Of a DNA stretch of 64,000 nt, positions 10,641 through 21,178 are shown one piece after another (within the stretch, counting starts at the first letter, position 1; every line of letters begins with the position of its first letter). The position numbers were made by a program, and so were the translations under genes. Source of the stretch: Candidatus Latescibacterota bacterium (GTDB lineage: Bacteria; Latescibacterota; UBA2968; UBA8231); assembly GCA_965219385.1 (NCBI GenBank), contig CBDCNM010000002.1, positions 1,088,639 to 1,152,638 on the forward strand, written 5' to 3'. Under the pieces are notes generated by a model, which had not been told where the DNA came from, did not search any database, and was given only the letters and a program-made list of their open reading frames with translations.

Positions 10641-13316
10641 ATGAGTACTGCAGTAGAATCGTCGACAACTGAATTGGAAATCGAACTCAGCGAGTGGCTC
10701 GAATCCCTGGACTACGTCCTGGAAAACCGCTCGCCCGAGCAGGTACAGGAACTCCTGCGCCACCTCCAGCTCCACGTGGAGCTGGCCGGGGTCCACCTGC
10801 CCTTTACTGCCAACACCCCTTATGTCAACACCATCCTGCGCGCCAAGCAGCCTGCCTACCCCGGCAACCGCGAGGTCGAACGCCGCATCAAGAGCCTGGT
10901 GCGCTGGAACGCCATGGCCATGGTGGTCCGGGCCAACCGCGACAAAGAGGCACCGGGAGGGCACATCTCGACCTATGCTTCGGCGGCCACCCTCTACGAA
11001 GTCGGCTTGAACCACTTCTTCAGGGGCAAAAACGGCCACCACAGCGGCGACCAGATTTATTTCCAGGGCCATGCGGCCCCCGGCGTCTACGCCCGGGCCT
11101 TCCTCGAGGGCCGGCTCAGCAAACGACAGCTGGAGAATTTTCGCCGCGAATTGCGGGAGGGCGGAGGGCTCTCCTCCTATCCCCACCCCTGGCTGATGCC
11201 CGACTTCTGGCAGTTCCCCACCGTCTCCATGGGCCTGGGTCCCATCCTCTCCATTTACCAGGCGCGCTTCAACCGCTACCTGGTAGACCGCGGTCTGAAG
11301 GAAACCAACGGCTGCAAGGTATGGGCCTTCCTCGGCGACGGCGAGACCGACGAACCCGAGGCCCTGGGGGCCATCACCCTGGCGGCGCGCGAAAAACTGG
11401 ACAACCTGATCTTTGTCATCAATTGCAATCTGCAGCGCCTGGACGGCCCGGTGCGCGGCAACGGCAAGATCATCCAGGAACTCGAAGCCGCCTTCCGCGG
11501 CGCCGGCTGGAATGTCATCAAAGTGATCTGGGGCGACGACTGGGATCCCCTCCTGGAAAAGGACCAGGACGGTTTCCTGGTCAGGCGCATGGGTGAGGTG
11601 GTGGACGGGGAGTACCAGAAGTACACGGTTTCGGACGGTGGCTACATCCGCCAGCACTTCTTCGGCGCCAACCCCCAGCTGCTGAAAATGGCCGAGCACC
11701 TCTCCGACGAACAGCTCCAGAAGCTGAGGCGCGGCGGTCACGACCCCGAAAAGGTCTACGCGGCCTACAAGGCTGCTCTGGAGCACACCGGATCCCCTAC
11801 CGTGATCCTGGCCAAGACCGTCAAGGGCTACGGCCTGGGCGAAGCCGGAGAAGGCAAAAACATCACCCACCAGCAGAAGAAGCTGAACGAGGACGAACTG
11901 AGCGCCTTTCGCACCCGCTTCGGCATCCCCATATCCGACGAAAAGGTCGCCGAGGCCCCCTTCTACAGGCCCCCGGACGACAGTCCGGAGATTCAATATC
12001 TGCATGCGCGCCGCCAGGCCCTCGGCGGCTACGTGCCCGCGCGCGTGGTAGACGTTGCCCCGCTCAAGCGGCCTCCCGACCAGTTCTTCGAAGAATTCTA
12101 CCAGGGCTCCGAGGAACGCGAAATAGCCACCACCATGGCATTCGGCAGAGTCCTGACTAAACTTCTGCGCGACCGTGAACTCGGCAAACTCATCGTCCCC
12201 ATCATCCCGGACGAGGGCCGCACCTTTGGCCTGGATACCCTCTTCCGTCCCTTCGGCATTTATTCGCATCCAGGTCAGCTCTACGAGCCGGTCGACAAAG
12301 ACACCCTTACCTATTACAAAGAAGCCAGAGACGGCCAGGTCCTCGAAGAAGGCATCACCGAAGCGGGCTCCATGGCCTCGTTCATCGCCGCGGGCACCGC
12401 CTATGCCACCCACGGCGTCAATACCATTCCCTTCTATATTTATTATTCCATGTTCGGTCTGCAGCGCATCGGCGACCTGATCTGGTTGGCCGGCGATATC
12501 CGCTGCCGGGGATTTCTGGTCGGAGGCACGGCGGGCCGCACCACCTTGAGCGGCGAAGGTCTGCAGCACAGCGACGGCAACAGCCACTTGCTCGCCTATC
12601 CCGTCCCCAACCTGATGGCCTACGACCCGGCCTTTGCCTATGAAATAGCCGTCATCATCCGCGACGGCATCCGGCGGATGTACGAGGAACAGGAGGATAT
12701 TTTCTACTACCTGACCGTGGAAAACGAAACCTATCCTATGCCGCCCATGCCCGCAGGGGTGGAAGAAGGCATCCTCAAAGGCATGTACCGCTTCAAACCC
12801 TCCGCCAGGAAAAGAGCCAAACTGAAAGCACACCTCTTTGGCAGCGGCGCCATCCTCAACAAGGCCCTCGAAGCCCAGGAAATCCTCGAGCAAAGCTACA
12901 ATGTGGCAGCGGATGTATGGAGCATAACCAGCTTCAAGGAACTGCATCGCAACGGCCTCGAAACCGAGCGCTGGAATCGCATGCATCCCGGCGAAGCGCC
13001 CAGAACCTCCTTTATCGGCGAATGCCTCAACGACCAGCGCGGGGTTTTTATCATCGCCTCCGACTATGTCAAGGCCCTGCCCGAATCCATTGCCCGCTGG
13101 TTTCCCCGGCCCCCCATTTCCCTGGGGACGGATGGTTTTGGCCGCAGCGAGGGCAGAGAGGCCCTGCGGGATTTCTTCGAAGTCGATGCTCGATTTATCG
13201 TTCTGGGAGCCCTGAACGCCCTGGCTCAAGAAGGTCAACTGGACTGCGGCGTGGTCAAAAAAGCGATGAAGGATCTGGACATTGATCCCGAAAAGGCCGA
13301 CCCCACGCTCATTTGA
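10641..13316 (+). CDS. aceE: pyruvate dehydrogenase E1, homodimeric AceE type
   Basis: EWLESL, RWNAMAMV, GGHISTYAS, FQGHAAPG, SSYPHP, GDGETDEPE, NLQRLDGPV, GTDGFGRS. Start placed at ATG 10641. Confidence 0.97.
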   Translation: MSTAVESSTTELEIELSEWLESLDYVLENRSPEQVQELLRHLQLHVELAGVHLPFTANTPYVNTILRAKQPAYPGNREVERRIKSLVRWNAMAMVVRANRDKEAPGGHISTYASAATLYEVGLNHFFRGKNGHHSGDQIYFQGHAAPGVYARAFLEGRLSKRQLENFRRELREGGGLSSYPHPWLMPDFWQFPTVSMGLGPILSIYQARFNRYLVDRGLKETNGCKVWAFLGDGETDEPEALGAITLAAREKLDNLIFVINCNLQRLDGPVRGNGKIIQELEAAFRGAGWNVIKVIWGDDWDPLLEKDQDGFLVRRMGEVVDGEYQKYTVSDGGYIRQHFFGANPQLLKMAEHLSDEQLQKLRRGGHDPEKVYAAYKAALEHTGSPTVILAKTVKGYGLGEAGEGKNITHQQKKLNEDELSAFRTRFGIPISDEKVAEAPFYRPPDDSPEIQYLHARRQALGGYVPARVVDVAPLKRPPDQFFEEFYQGSEEREIATTMAFGRVLTKLLRDRELGKLIVPIIPDEGRTFGLDTLFRPFGIYSHPGQLYEPVDKDTLTYYKEARDGQVLEEGITEAGSMASFIAAGTAYATHGVNTIPFYIYYSMFGLQRIGDLIWLAGDIRCRGFLVGGTAGRTTLSGEGLQHSDGNSHLLAYPVPNLMAYDPAFAYEIAVIIRDGIRRMYEEQEDIFYYLTVENETYPMPPMPAGVEEGILKGMYRFKPSARKRAKLKAHLFGSGAILNKALEAQEILEQSYNVAADVWSITSFKELHRNGLETERWNRMHPGEAPRTSFIGECLNDQRGVFIIASDYVKALPESIARWFPRPPISLGTDGFGRSEGREALRDFFEVDARFIVLGALNALAQEGQLDCGVVKKAMKDLDIDPEKADPTLI

Positions 13317-13377
13317 GTACCCTGGAACAATACCTTGCACCTGAAAGCGCGCTTTTTAAATTGGCAAAGGACCCCTA

Positions 13378-14619
13378 ATGGCGGTCGAATTTAAACTCCC
13401 GGATCTAGGCGAAAACATCGAGAGCGGCGAGGTGGTCAGCATTCGCGTCGCCGTGGGCGAATCCCTCAAAGAAGACCAGCCCATTATCGAGCTCGAAACC
13501 GACAAGGCCGTCATTGAAGTGCCCTCGTCCATCAGCGGCACCATCGCCCGGATACACATCGAAGAAGGCGAACAGGTCCGCGTTGGCCAAACCATACTCA
13601 CCGTCGACGCGGCGGAGACCGCCCCGGCGGACCCGACGCCGGAGCCTGAGCCAGAGTCTCCTCCTTTGAGCGGGGAAAAGATCCCGGCCCGGCCGCGGCC
13701 AGCAGCTGATTCCTCCCCCGAACCGGTACCCGCGGCGCCGTCCGTCCGCCGCCTGGCACGCGAAATCGGCATCGACATCACCCAGGTCACAGGTTCCGGT
13801 CCCGGGGGCCGCATCTCCGAAAAAGACGTAAAGGCCCACACCCGCCAGCTCAACACGGCCGGCCCGGCCGCGGCCACCCCTACACCCGGCCCGCCCCTGC
13901 CCGATTTCAGCCAGTGGGGCGAGATCCGGCGCGACCCCATGAGCAATGTGCGCCGCGTCACCGCCGAGCGCCTGGACCAGGCCTGGTCGACGATTCCACA
14001 CGTCACCCAGTTCGACAAAGCCGATATCACCGACCTGGAAGGCTGGCGCAAGAAGTTCGGCAAGAAGGCCGAAGCGGCCGGCGGCAAACTGACCCCCACT
14101 GCCATCATCCTCAAGGTCGCCGCCGCGGCCCTGAAGGCTTTTCCGCGGTTCAATGCCAGCATCGATATGGCCGGCCGCGAAATCGTCTACAAGCAGTACT
14201 GCCACATCGGCGTGGCCGTGGACACCGACCGCGGACTCCTGGTTCCGGTGGTGCGCGACGTGGACCAGAAGAACATCATTGAACTGGCCGTCGAACTGGG
14301 CCAGATCGCGGTGAAAGCGCGCGAGCGCAAGCTGGAGCCCGCGGATATGCAGGGAGGCTGCTTCACCATCAGCAACCTGGGCGGCATCGGCGGCACCGGC
14401 TTTACCCCCATCGTCAATGCGCCCGAGGTTGCCATTCTGGGCGTGGCTCGGGGAAGCCACGAACCCGTGTTCACCGATGGGAGCTTCGCGCCCCGGCTGA
14501 TGATGCCGCTGGCGCTCTCGTACGACCACCGTCTGATCGACGGCGCCGATGGGGCCCGCTTCCTGCGCTGGATAGCCGAGGCCCTGGAGAATCCCTTTCT
14601 GCTGGTCCTGGAAGGCTGA
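13378..14619 (+). CDS. aceF: dihydrolipoamide acetyltransferase E2 (single lipoyl domain)
   Basis: LETDKA lipoyl motif, PSVRRLARE..GSGPGGRI E3-binding domain, YDHRLIDGADGARF. Confidence 0.95.
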   Translation: MAVEFKLPDLGENIESGEVVSIRVAVGESLKEDQPIIELETDKAVIEVPSSISGTIARIHIEEGEQVRVGQTILTVDAAETAPADPTPEPEPESPPLSGEKIPARPRPAADSSPEPVPAAPSVRRLAREIGIDITQVTGSGPGGRISEKDVKAHTRQLNTAGPAAATPTPGPPLPDFSQWGEIRRDPMSNVRRVTAERLDQAWSTIPHVTQFDKADITDLEGWRKKFGKKAEAAGGKLTPTAIILKVAAAALKAFPRFNASIDMAGREIVYKQYCHIGVAVDTDRGLLVPVVRDVDQKNIIELAVELGQIAVKARERKLEPADMQGGCFTISNLGGIGGTGFTPIVNAPEVAILGVARGSHEPVFTDGSFAPRLMMPLALSYDHRLIDGADGARFLRWIAEALENPFLLVLEG

Positions 14620-14637
14620 AATCAAACCGAAAAGACC

Positions 14638-16053
14638 ATGAAAAAAACCCAGTTAGCAGTCATCGGCGCCGGTCCAGGCGGATACGTCGCCGCCTTTAAA
14701 GCCGCCGATCTGGACCTGGAGGTAGTCCTGATTGACCTGGAAAGCGATCCGGGCGGGGTCTGCCTCTATCGCGGCTGTATCCCATCTAAGGCCCTCCTGC
14801 ACGTGGCCGGGCTTCTCAGCGAAACCCGGGAAGCCGAAAACCGGGGCATCGACTTCGACCCGCCCCGGATCGACCTGGCGCGGTTGAACACCTGGAAGGA
14901 AAGCGTCATCGCCAAGATGACCGGAGGTCTTGGAACCCTGGCCAGGCGTCGCAAGGTCCATCTCATCCAGGGCCGCGCCCGCTTCCTCGACGCCGGGACC
15001 CTGCGCATTCACGATACTCAGGGCGGCGAAGAGGACCTGGGTTTCGAACACGCGATCCTGGCCACCGGCTCGCGCCCGGCCACCATCCCCAGCCTCGCCG
15101 CGGACAGCCCCCGGGTCCTGGACTCGACCAGCGGCCTGGAATTGCCGGATATCCCCGAGACCTTGCTGGTGATCGGCGGCGGCTACATTGGTCTCGAGTT
15201 GGGCACGGTCTACGCGGCCCTGGGGACCCGGGTCTCGCTGGTAGAAATGACCGCGGGCCTGATCCCCCCGGCCGACCGCGATCTGATCAAACCCCTGGAG
15301 ACGCGCCTGAGGCAGCGCTTCGAGCAGATCCTGCTCAACACCAAAGTGTTAAACATGAAGGAAACTAAAGATGGCATCGGAGTCCGCCTTGAGGAAGCGG
15401 ACGGCAAACAGACGCACAACACCTTTGCAAAGGTCCTGGTGGCGGTGGGGCGGCAGCCCAACACCGAGGATCTGGGCCTGGAGAACACCCGGGTGCGGCT
15501 GGACGCCAAAGGCTTCGTCCAGGTGGATGTCCGGCGCCGCACGGACGAGCCGAGCATTTACGCCATCGGCGACATCGCCGGCGAACCCATGCTGGCCCAC
15601 AAGGCCTCCCACGAAGGGGCCGTGGCCGCCGAAGCCATCGCCGGGCACAAGGTGGCCTTTGAACCCAACGCCATTCCGGCCGTGGTCTTCACCGACCCGG
15701 AGATCGCCTGGTGCGGCCTTACCGAATCCCAGGCCCAACAAGAAAACCGCCCCGTCGAAGTCGCCCGCTTTCCCTGGACGGCATCGGGCCGCGCCACTAC
15801 CCTGGACCGCAACGACGGCCTCACCAAGCTGATCATCAACCCCCAGACCAGGCGCATCCTCGGGGTCGGCATAGTCGGCGCCGGCGCCGGCGAACTGATC
15901 GCCGAAGGCGTGTTGGCCGTGGAAATGGCCGCCCTGGCCGAGGACCTGAAGTTGAGCATCCACCCCCATCCCACCCTCTCGGAAACCCTGGTGGAAGCCG
16001 CCGAAATGTTCTTTGGCACCAGCGCCCACCTCTACGCACCCAGAAAGGACTGA
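14638..16053 (+). CDS. lpdA: dihydrolipoyl dehydrogenase E3
   Basis: GAGPGG, GGVCLYRGCIPSK, GGGYIGLE, HPHPTLSE. Confidence 0.97.
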   Translation: MKKTQLAVIGAGPGGYVAAFKAADLDLEVVLIDLESDPGGVCLYRGCIPSKALLHVAGLLSETREAENRGIDFDPPRIDLARLNTWKESVIAKMTGGLGTLARRRKVHLIQGRARFLDAGTLRIHDTQGGEEDLGFEHAILATGSRPATIPSLAADSPRVLDSTSGLELPDIPETLLVIGGGYIGLELGTVYAALGTRVSLVEMTAGLIPPADRDLIKPLETRLRQRFEQILLNTKVLNMKETKDGIGVRLEEADGKQTHNTFAKVLVAVGRQPNTEDLGLENTRVRLDAKGFVQVDVRRRTDEPSIYAIGDIAGEPMLAHKASHEGAVAAEAIAGHKVAFEPNAIPAVVFTDPEIAWCGLTESQAQQENRPVEVARFPWTASGRATTLDRNDGLTKLIINPQTRRILGVGIVGAGAGELIAEGVLAVEMAALAEDLKLSIHPHPTLSETLVEAAEMFFGTSAHLYAPRKD

Positions 16054-16245
16054 AGGGCTTTCAGCAAAGAACAGTTCCGGCAAGCCGTCTTAGCCACCAA
16101 CCCGAGCGCCGGACGGCACTTCCCGCCCAACCCTTTCTAGACGCAACCCTGGCGGCAAGAGCTTTAGCCGCAGTGTAACTTCTGGATGACTCGCCCTTGT
16201 TTGACAGCCAACATGCTTTTGTTTAATTTAGCCATTTTTAATAGC

Positions 16246-16449
16246 CAGTACTTCACGAAATACCCGTACCTATTTGGACCTCAAGGCCGGGAGGGGATGT
16301 TGCCGGCGGCGTTTTATGGGGGAGTGGAGCGGAGAAAAAGGGGCTCTGAGACTCAGGCCTGCCTGGGGAGGTGACGAGGGGCAAGAGCGCCCTGGGCATC
16401 ATAAAACGCCAGAGGCACAAGCCCCGCCCGCCGATTCCGTGAAGTACTG
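16246..16449 (+). mobile_element. 204-bp MITE-like element, copy B (complete)
   Basis: TIRs CAGTACTTCACGAAAT / ATTCCGTGAAGTACTG (15/16); internal inverted repeat GGCGTTTTATG / CATAAAACGCC; flanks ATAGC / ATAGT may be an imperfect TSD; no transposase. Confidence 0.8.
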
Positions 16450-16501
16450 ATAGTTGGAAAACTTTCGCCACAAACCGACCTCTTCGTTCGCGTTGCGCTT
16501 C

Positions 16502-17470
16502 ATGGATCAATTTCTAGGCCTCATCCAGCAGGAGATGGAAATCTTTGAGCAACGCCTGGACAAGGCCCTGCAATCCGACGTGGAACTGGTGCACGAGGTA
16601 GCCCGGTACATGTCCACGGTCAAAGGCAAACGCCTCCGACCGGCCCTGGCCCTCATGTGCGCCAAGGCGGCGGGCTCCTGGGACGAGCGCATCATCGATG
16701 GGGCCGTGGTCGTCGAGATGATTCACGCGGCGACCATGATTCACGACGATGTGGTCGACTCGGCTGCCACCCGGCGCGGCAAGGCCTCGGTGAACTCCGT
16801 ATGGAGCAATCAGATAGCCGTGCTCATGGGAGATTTTCTTCTGTCTCGCGCGCTGTGTATTCTGGTCGATCTAGGCGACCTCATGGCCTTGCAGACGTTA
16901 TCTCGCGCTACTGAACGCCTGAGCCAGGGCGAGATCTTCGAGATTCAGATCGGCCGGCAAACCGATACCCGCGAGGATTCTTATTTCGGCATGGTCGGCG
17001 ACAAAACCGCCTCGCTGGTCGCCGCCTCCTGTAAGATAGGCCCCATACTGGTCGGAGCGTCCGGGGAGGTCGTAGAGGCCATGGGACAGTACGGGGAATC
17101 CCTGGGCAAGGCCTTTCAGATTGCCGACGATATCCTCGACCTCACCGGCGACGCCCATACCATGGGCAAACCCGTGGGCCACGACCTGCGCGAAGACAAG
17201 ATAACCTTGCCCCTGATCCACGCCCTGGCCGCCGCTCCGGAAGCGGAGTGCCAGGCCATGGAATCCCTGCTCCGACAAGAGAACAAGAACGAAGCCGATT
17301 GTCGGCGGATCGTTCGCTTTGTCGAACAATACAAGGGGGTGAGCGCTGCCAGTGAGATTGCCCGGAAATACGGAACCCGTGCCTATCAATGCCTGGAGGT
17401 ACTGGAGCCCTCACCGGCCCGCACCGCACTGGAACTGGCGGTGCGACTGGTCGTGGAGCGCAACAACTAG
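16502..17470 (+). CDS. polyprenyl diphosphate synthase (IspB/HepT-like)
   Basis: GKRLRP, HDDVVD..RRGK, GDFL, KTASL, FQIADDILD. Confidence 0.93.
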   Translation: MDQFLGLIQQEMEIFEQRLDKALQSDVELVHEVARYMSTVKGKRLRPALALMCAKAAGSWDERIIDGAVVVEMIHAATMIHDDVVDSAATRRGKASVNSVWSNQIAVLMGDFLLSRALCILVDLGDLMALQTLSRATERLSQGEIFEIQIGRQTDTREDSYFGMVGDKTASLVAASCKIGPILVGASGEVVEAMGQYGESLGKAFQIADDILDLTGDAHTMGKPVGHDLREDKITLPLIHALAAAPEAECQAMESLLRQENKNEADCRRIVRFVEQYKGVSAASEIARKYGTRAYQCLEVLEPSPARTALELAVRLVVERNN

Positions 17471-17523
17471 AGTGGTGCGAGAAGGCTGCTTAGGGGTAGC
17501 AATTTGGTAGAGCTTCCTGGTGT

Positions 17524-18552
17524 ATGAAGGCCCGCATTCTCCTGGCCATAATCGGCCTGGGATGGATCCTGTTTTTTCTCCCGCGGGCGGATGTTGCCGT
17601 GCCTGTTGTCGAAGCGCATCTGGCCATGGGCACCTTGGTCACCCTCAAGCTCTACATGGCCGAAGAAGAAGCCCGGCCCCTGGCGCGCCTAGCTTTTGCG
17701 GAAATCGACCGCATAGACTCTCTGATGAGCCACTATTCCCCGATCAGCGAGTTGAGCCGAATCAACCAATGGGCCGCTGCGGACAGGGTGTTGTGCTCGG
17801 CGGAATTGTGCCGTGTCCTGGAACGCTCGCTATACTTTGCCCGGCGTTCTGGCGGCGCTTTTGACATCACCATAGGGGCCCTGACGCACTTGTGGAATTT
17901 TCCGGAGGCCCTGTCGCCGCCGGCGGCGACAGCGCTCGACTCGGCCCTGGCCCTGGTCGGCCACCATTACCTGGAGTTGCAGGATTGCCAGGTGCGCTTG
18001 TCGCGCCCTGGAATCCAGATGGACCTGGGGGGTGTGGCCAAGGGATTTGCCGTAGATCGGGCGGTAGCCGCCCTGCGAGAGGCCGGGGTTTCCCGTGGTC
18101 TGATCAACGCCGGCGGCGATGTCCGTTTCTGGGGCGAAAAACCGGATGGTCGCCCCTGGTGCCTTGGCGTGCAGCACCCGCGTGATCCCGACCAGTTGAT
18201 CCGGGTCGAAGACCTGCGGCTGGCGGCCCTGGCCACCTCCGGAGATTACGAACAGTCTTTCGAGTATGAAGGCGAAAGTTTTCACCATCTTCTCGATCCA
18301 GAAACGGGGTATCCGGCCCGCAGGTCCGTCAGTGCTACGGCGTGGGCCCAAAGCGCCATGGATGCGGATATCCTTTCCACCGCGGTCTTTGTCCTGGGTC
18401 CGGAACAGGGCATCGATTGGGTCGAGTCCATGTCCGAGACCGAGGCTCTGGTCTTTTTCGAAAAGGATGGACAACTGGAATATCGGGCCTCCAGCAAGGT
18501 GGCTAAAAGCCTCCGCTTCACCCACAAGGGCGCTGTGGATTGTTCTTTCTGA
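17524..18552 (+). CDS. apbE: FAD:protein FMN transferase
   Basis: AMGT, FDITIG, DLGGVAKGFAVD, INAGGD, ATSGDYE, HHLLDP, ADILST. Confidence 0.93.
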   Translation: MKARILLAIIGLGWILFFLPRADVAVPVVEAHLAMGTLVTLKLYMAEEEARPLARLAFAEIDRIDSLMSHYSPISELSRINQWAAADRVLCSAELCRVLERSLYFARRSGGAFDITIGALTHLWNFPEALSPPAATALDSALALVGHHYLELQDCQVRLSRPGIQMDLGGVAKGFAVDRAVAALREAGVSRGLINAGGDVRFWGEKPDGRPWCLGVQHPRDPDQLIRVEDLRLAALATSGDYEQSFEYEGESFHHLLDPETGYPARRSVSATAWAQSAMDADILSTAVFVLGPEQGIDWVESMSETEALVFFEKDGQLEYRASSKVAKSLRFTHKGAVDCSF

Positions 18553-18591
18553 ACATCATACCCGACTTTCATCTACAAAGGTGTGTAGAAC

Positions 18592-21168
18592 ATGACGCGA
18601 AACTGGAAACCTTTGCTGATCGTGGCGCTGATTCTCATCGCCGCATACTACCTGTATCCCAGTATCCAGTTTTATGGCATGCCCGAGGCAGAAAAGACCG
18701 CCATGGAACAAAACTCGCCGGCTGCCCTGGACGATCTCCACAAACGCTCCCTCAATCTGGGCCTGGATCTCCAGGGTGGTATCCACCTGGTGATGGAGGT
18801 CGACCTGAGCAAACTGCCCGAAGAAGAAGCCGTGGACGCAGTGGCCCGGACCCGCGAGGTCATCCGCAACCGCATCGACCAGTTCGGCGTGGCCGAGCCG
18901 ACCATCCAGCAACAGGGCGCGAATCGCATCATCGTGGAATTGCCCGGCGTCCAGGATGTGGAACGCGCCAAAGGCCTGATCGGCAAGACCGCTCGTCTCG
19001 AATTCAAGCTCCTGCCGCCCAGCGACGAGCGCCAGCGTCTCCTTTCCCGCATCAATGCGGCTTTGAGCAAGGGTGAGGCGGCGGACAGCACTGCAAAAGA
19101 CCCAACAAAGATCGAAGAGGAAGAAGGAAGCCTCTTCGAAGAAGCCGAAGAAGGAAGCCTCTTCGAAGAGACCGAAGAAATAGAAGAAGTCGCCCCGTTC
19201 GCATCCATGCTCATCCCCGTCAGAGGCGGAGCAGACATCGGCATCCCGATCCGGGACCTTCCCCGGGTGAAGCACCTGCTGCGGGATCCCCGCGCCCAGG
19301 CTCTGATCAACGAGGAGGTGGAATTCCTCTTTTCCAGCAAAGCCGAGGGCCCCGTGGGCAATAAATACTACATCCTCTACCTGGTCTACAAAGAGTGGCA
19401 GATGACCGGCGATATGCTCCAGGACGCCCGGGTCTCCATGGGCCAGGACATCCAGTCCATGGGACAGCCCATCGTCAATTTCGAAACCACGGACGAAGGG
19501 GTCGAACTCTTCCGTCGCATAACCGGCCGCCACGTCGGCGAACGCCTGGCCATCATCCTGGACGGCGCGGTGTACTCGGCGCCGACCATCCAGAACCGCA
19601 TCCCCAACGGCAGCGGCATCATCACGGGCAGTGGCACCCAGGAAGAGGCCCAGGATCTGGCCATCGTCCTGCGCGCCGGTGCCCTGCCGACCAATGTAGA
19701 GATCATCGAAGACCGCACGGTGGGCCCCTCGCTGGGACGCGATTCCATCGAGCAGGGCAAAACCGCGGCGCTCATCAGCATGGTGCTGGTGGCCCTTTTC
19801 ATGATCCTCTACTACCGCCTCGCCGGGGTCCTTGCCGATGTGGCCCTGGGACTCAACATCCTCTTTGTCATGGCCGTCCTGTCGGGCTTCCACGCCACCC
19901 TGACCCTGCCCGGCATAGCGGGTATTATCCTGACCATCGGCATGGCCGTGGACGCCAACGTACTCATTTTCGAGCGCATCCGCGAAGAGTTGCGCAAAGG
20001 CAAAACCGTGCGAGCGGCCATCGACAGCGGCTACAGCAACGCCCTTTCCGCCATCGTCGACGCCAATGTCACCACCTTCCTGGTGGGCGTAGTGCTCTAC
20101 GAGTTCGGCACGGGCCCGATCCGCGGTTTTGCGCTCACCCTCTGCATCGGCATCCTCTCCAGCCTGTTTACCGCCTTCTTCGTCACCCGCACCATATTCG
20201 ATCTGATCGCCCGTCAGACTCGAGCCCAGACCCTGAGCATCGGTCCGGTGGGCCTGCTTGCCAATATGAAAATTGCCTTCCTGTCCATGCGCAAGCTGGG
20301 CTTTGGGGTATCGACCGGCGTCGTGTTGCTGGGCCTGGTCTCCATTGTCGCCATCAACGGTCTGAGCCCGGGTATCGACTTTGCCGGCGGTACGCTCCTG
20401 GAACTACATTTTGATCCGCCGGTGAAAATCGAGGATCTGCGCAAGGAAATGGATCAGCTGGATCTTGGTTCCGCCGAAATCAAAGAATTCGGCACTCCCA
20501 ACGATATCCTGATCCGCGTGACCCAGACCCAGACCGGAACTGATTTGGCCGATGGCATCAAAAAGGTCATCAGGGCCGGATTCGGCAGCCATATCCAGGA
20601 CGAGCTGGAATGGATGCGACGCGAGGAAAAGGTAGGGCCCAATATCGGCGAAGAGCTGAGCGAAGCTGCGGTGCGCGCCGTGCTGGTCTCCCTGCTCCTG
20701 ATCCTGATCTACATGGCCTGGCGCTTTCACCGCTTTCTCTACGGCATTGCTGCGGTCGCGGCCCTCTTTCACGACGTCTTGATCACCCTGGGACTGCTCT
20801 CTTTGCTGGACGTAGAGATCACCCTGGCGGTGGTGGCGGGTCTGCTGGCCATTGTGGGGTACTCCCTGAACGACACCATCGTCGTCTTCGACCGCATCCG
20901 CGAAAACCTGAACATGCGCCGCCAGGACAGCTTTGCCGGCCTCCTGAACCTGAGCATCAACGACTGCTTGAGCCGTACCATGATCACCTCGCTGACCACC
21001 CTGATGGCCGTCCTGGTGTTGATGATCTGGGGTGGTGAAGTCATCAGGGACTTTACCATCACCTTGATGATCGGCATCCTGGTGGGTACCTACTCCTCGA
21101 TATTCATCGCCAGTCCCGTGCTCTTCTACGGCCAGGAGCGCGCCGCCAAGAAGGAGCGGATCAAGTAA
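18592..21168 (+). CDS. secDF: fused protein translocase subunit SecDF
   Basis: LGLDLQGG, RNRIDQFGVAEP, LRAGALP, VGPSLG, GMAVDANVLIFERIREE, GIDFAGG, GYSLNDTIVVFDRIRE. Confidence 0.97.
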   Translation: MTRNWKPLLIVALILIAAYYLYPSIQFYGMPEAEKTAMEQNSPAALDDLHKRSLNLGLDLQGGIHLVMEVDLSKLPEEEAVDAVARTREVIRNRIDQFGVAEPTIQQQGANRIIVELPGVQDVERAKGLIGKTARLEFKLLPPSDERQRLLSRINAALSKGEAADSTAKDPTKIEEEEGSLFEEAEEGSLFEETEEIEEVAPFASMLIPVRGGADIGIPIRDLPRVKHLLRDPRAQALINEEVEFLFSSKAEGPVGNKYYILYLVYKEWQMTGDMLQDARVSMGQDIQSMGQPIVNFETTDEGVELFRRITGRHVGERLAIILDGAVYSAPTIQNRIPNGSGIITGSGTQEEAQDLAIVLRAGALPTNVEIIEDRTVGPSLGRDSIEQGKTAALISMVLVALFMILYYRLAGVLADVALGLNILFVMAVLSGFHATLTLPGIAGIILTIGMAVDANVLIFERIREELRKGKTVRAAIDSGYSNALSAIVDANVTTFLVGVVLYEFGTGPIRGFALTLCIGILSSLFTAFFVTRTIFDLIARQTRAQTLSIGPVGLLANMKIAFLSMRKLGFGVSTGVVLLGLVSIVAINGLSPGIDFAGGTLLELHFDPPVKIEDLRKEMDQLDLGSAEIKEFGTPNDILIRVTQTQTGTDLADGIKKVIRAGFGSHIQDELEWMRREEKVGPNIGEELSEAAVRAVLVSLLLILIYMAWRFHRFLYGIAAVAALFHDVLITLGLLSLLDVEITLAVVAGLLAIVGYSLNDTIVVFDRIRENLNMRRQDSFAGLLNLSINDCLSRTMITSLTTLMAVLVLMIWGGEVIRDFTITLMIGILVGTYSSIFIASPVLFYGQERAAKKERIK

Positions 21169-21178
21169 GAGAGAGACC

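Noticed and set aside
10560..13340. Long antisense and alternate-frame ORFs (926 aa here; also 361-1902, 13405-14625, 24761-26035, 58467-60002)
   Set aside because: Shadows of well-supported genes in high-GC DNA; no recognisable motifs.
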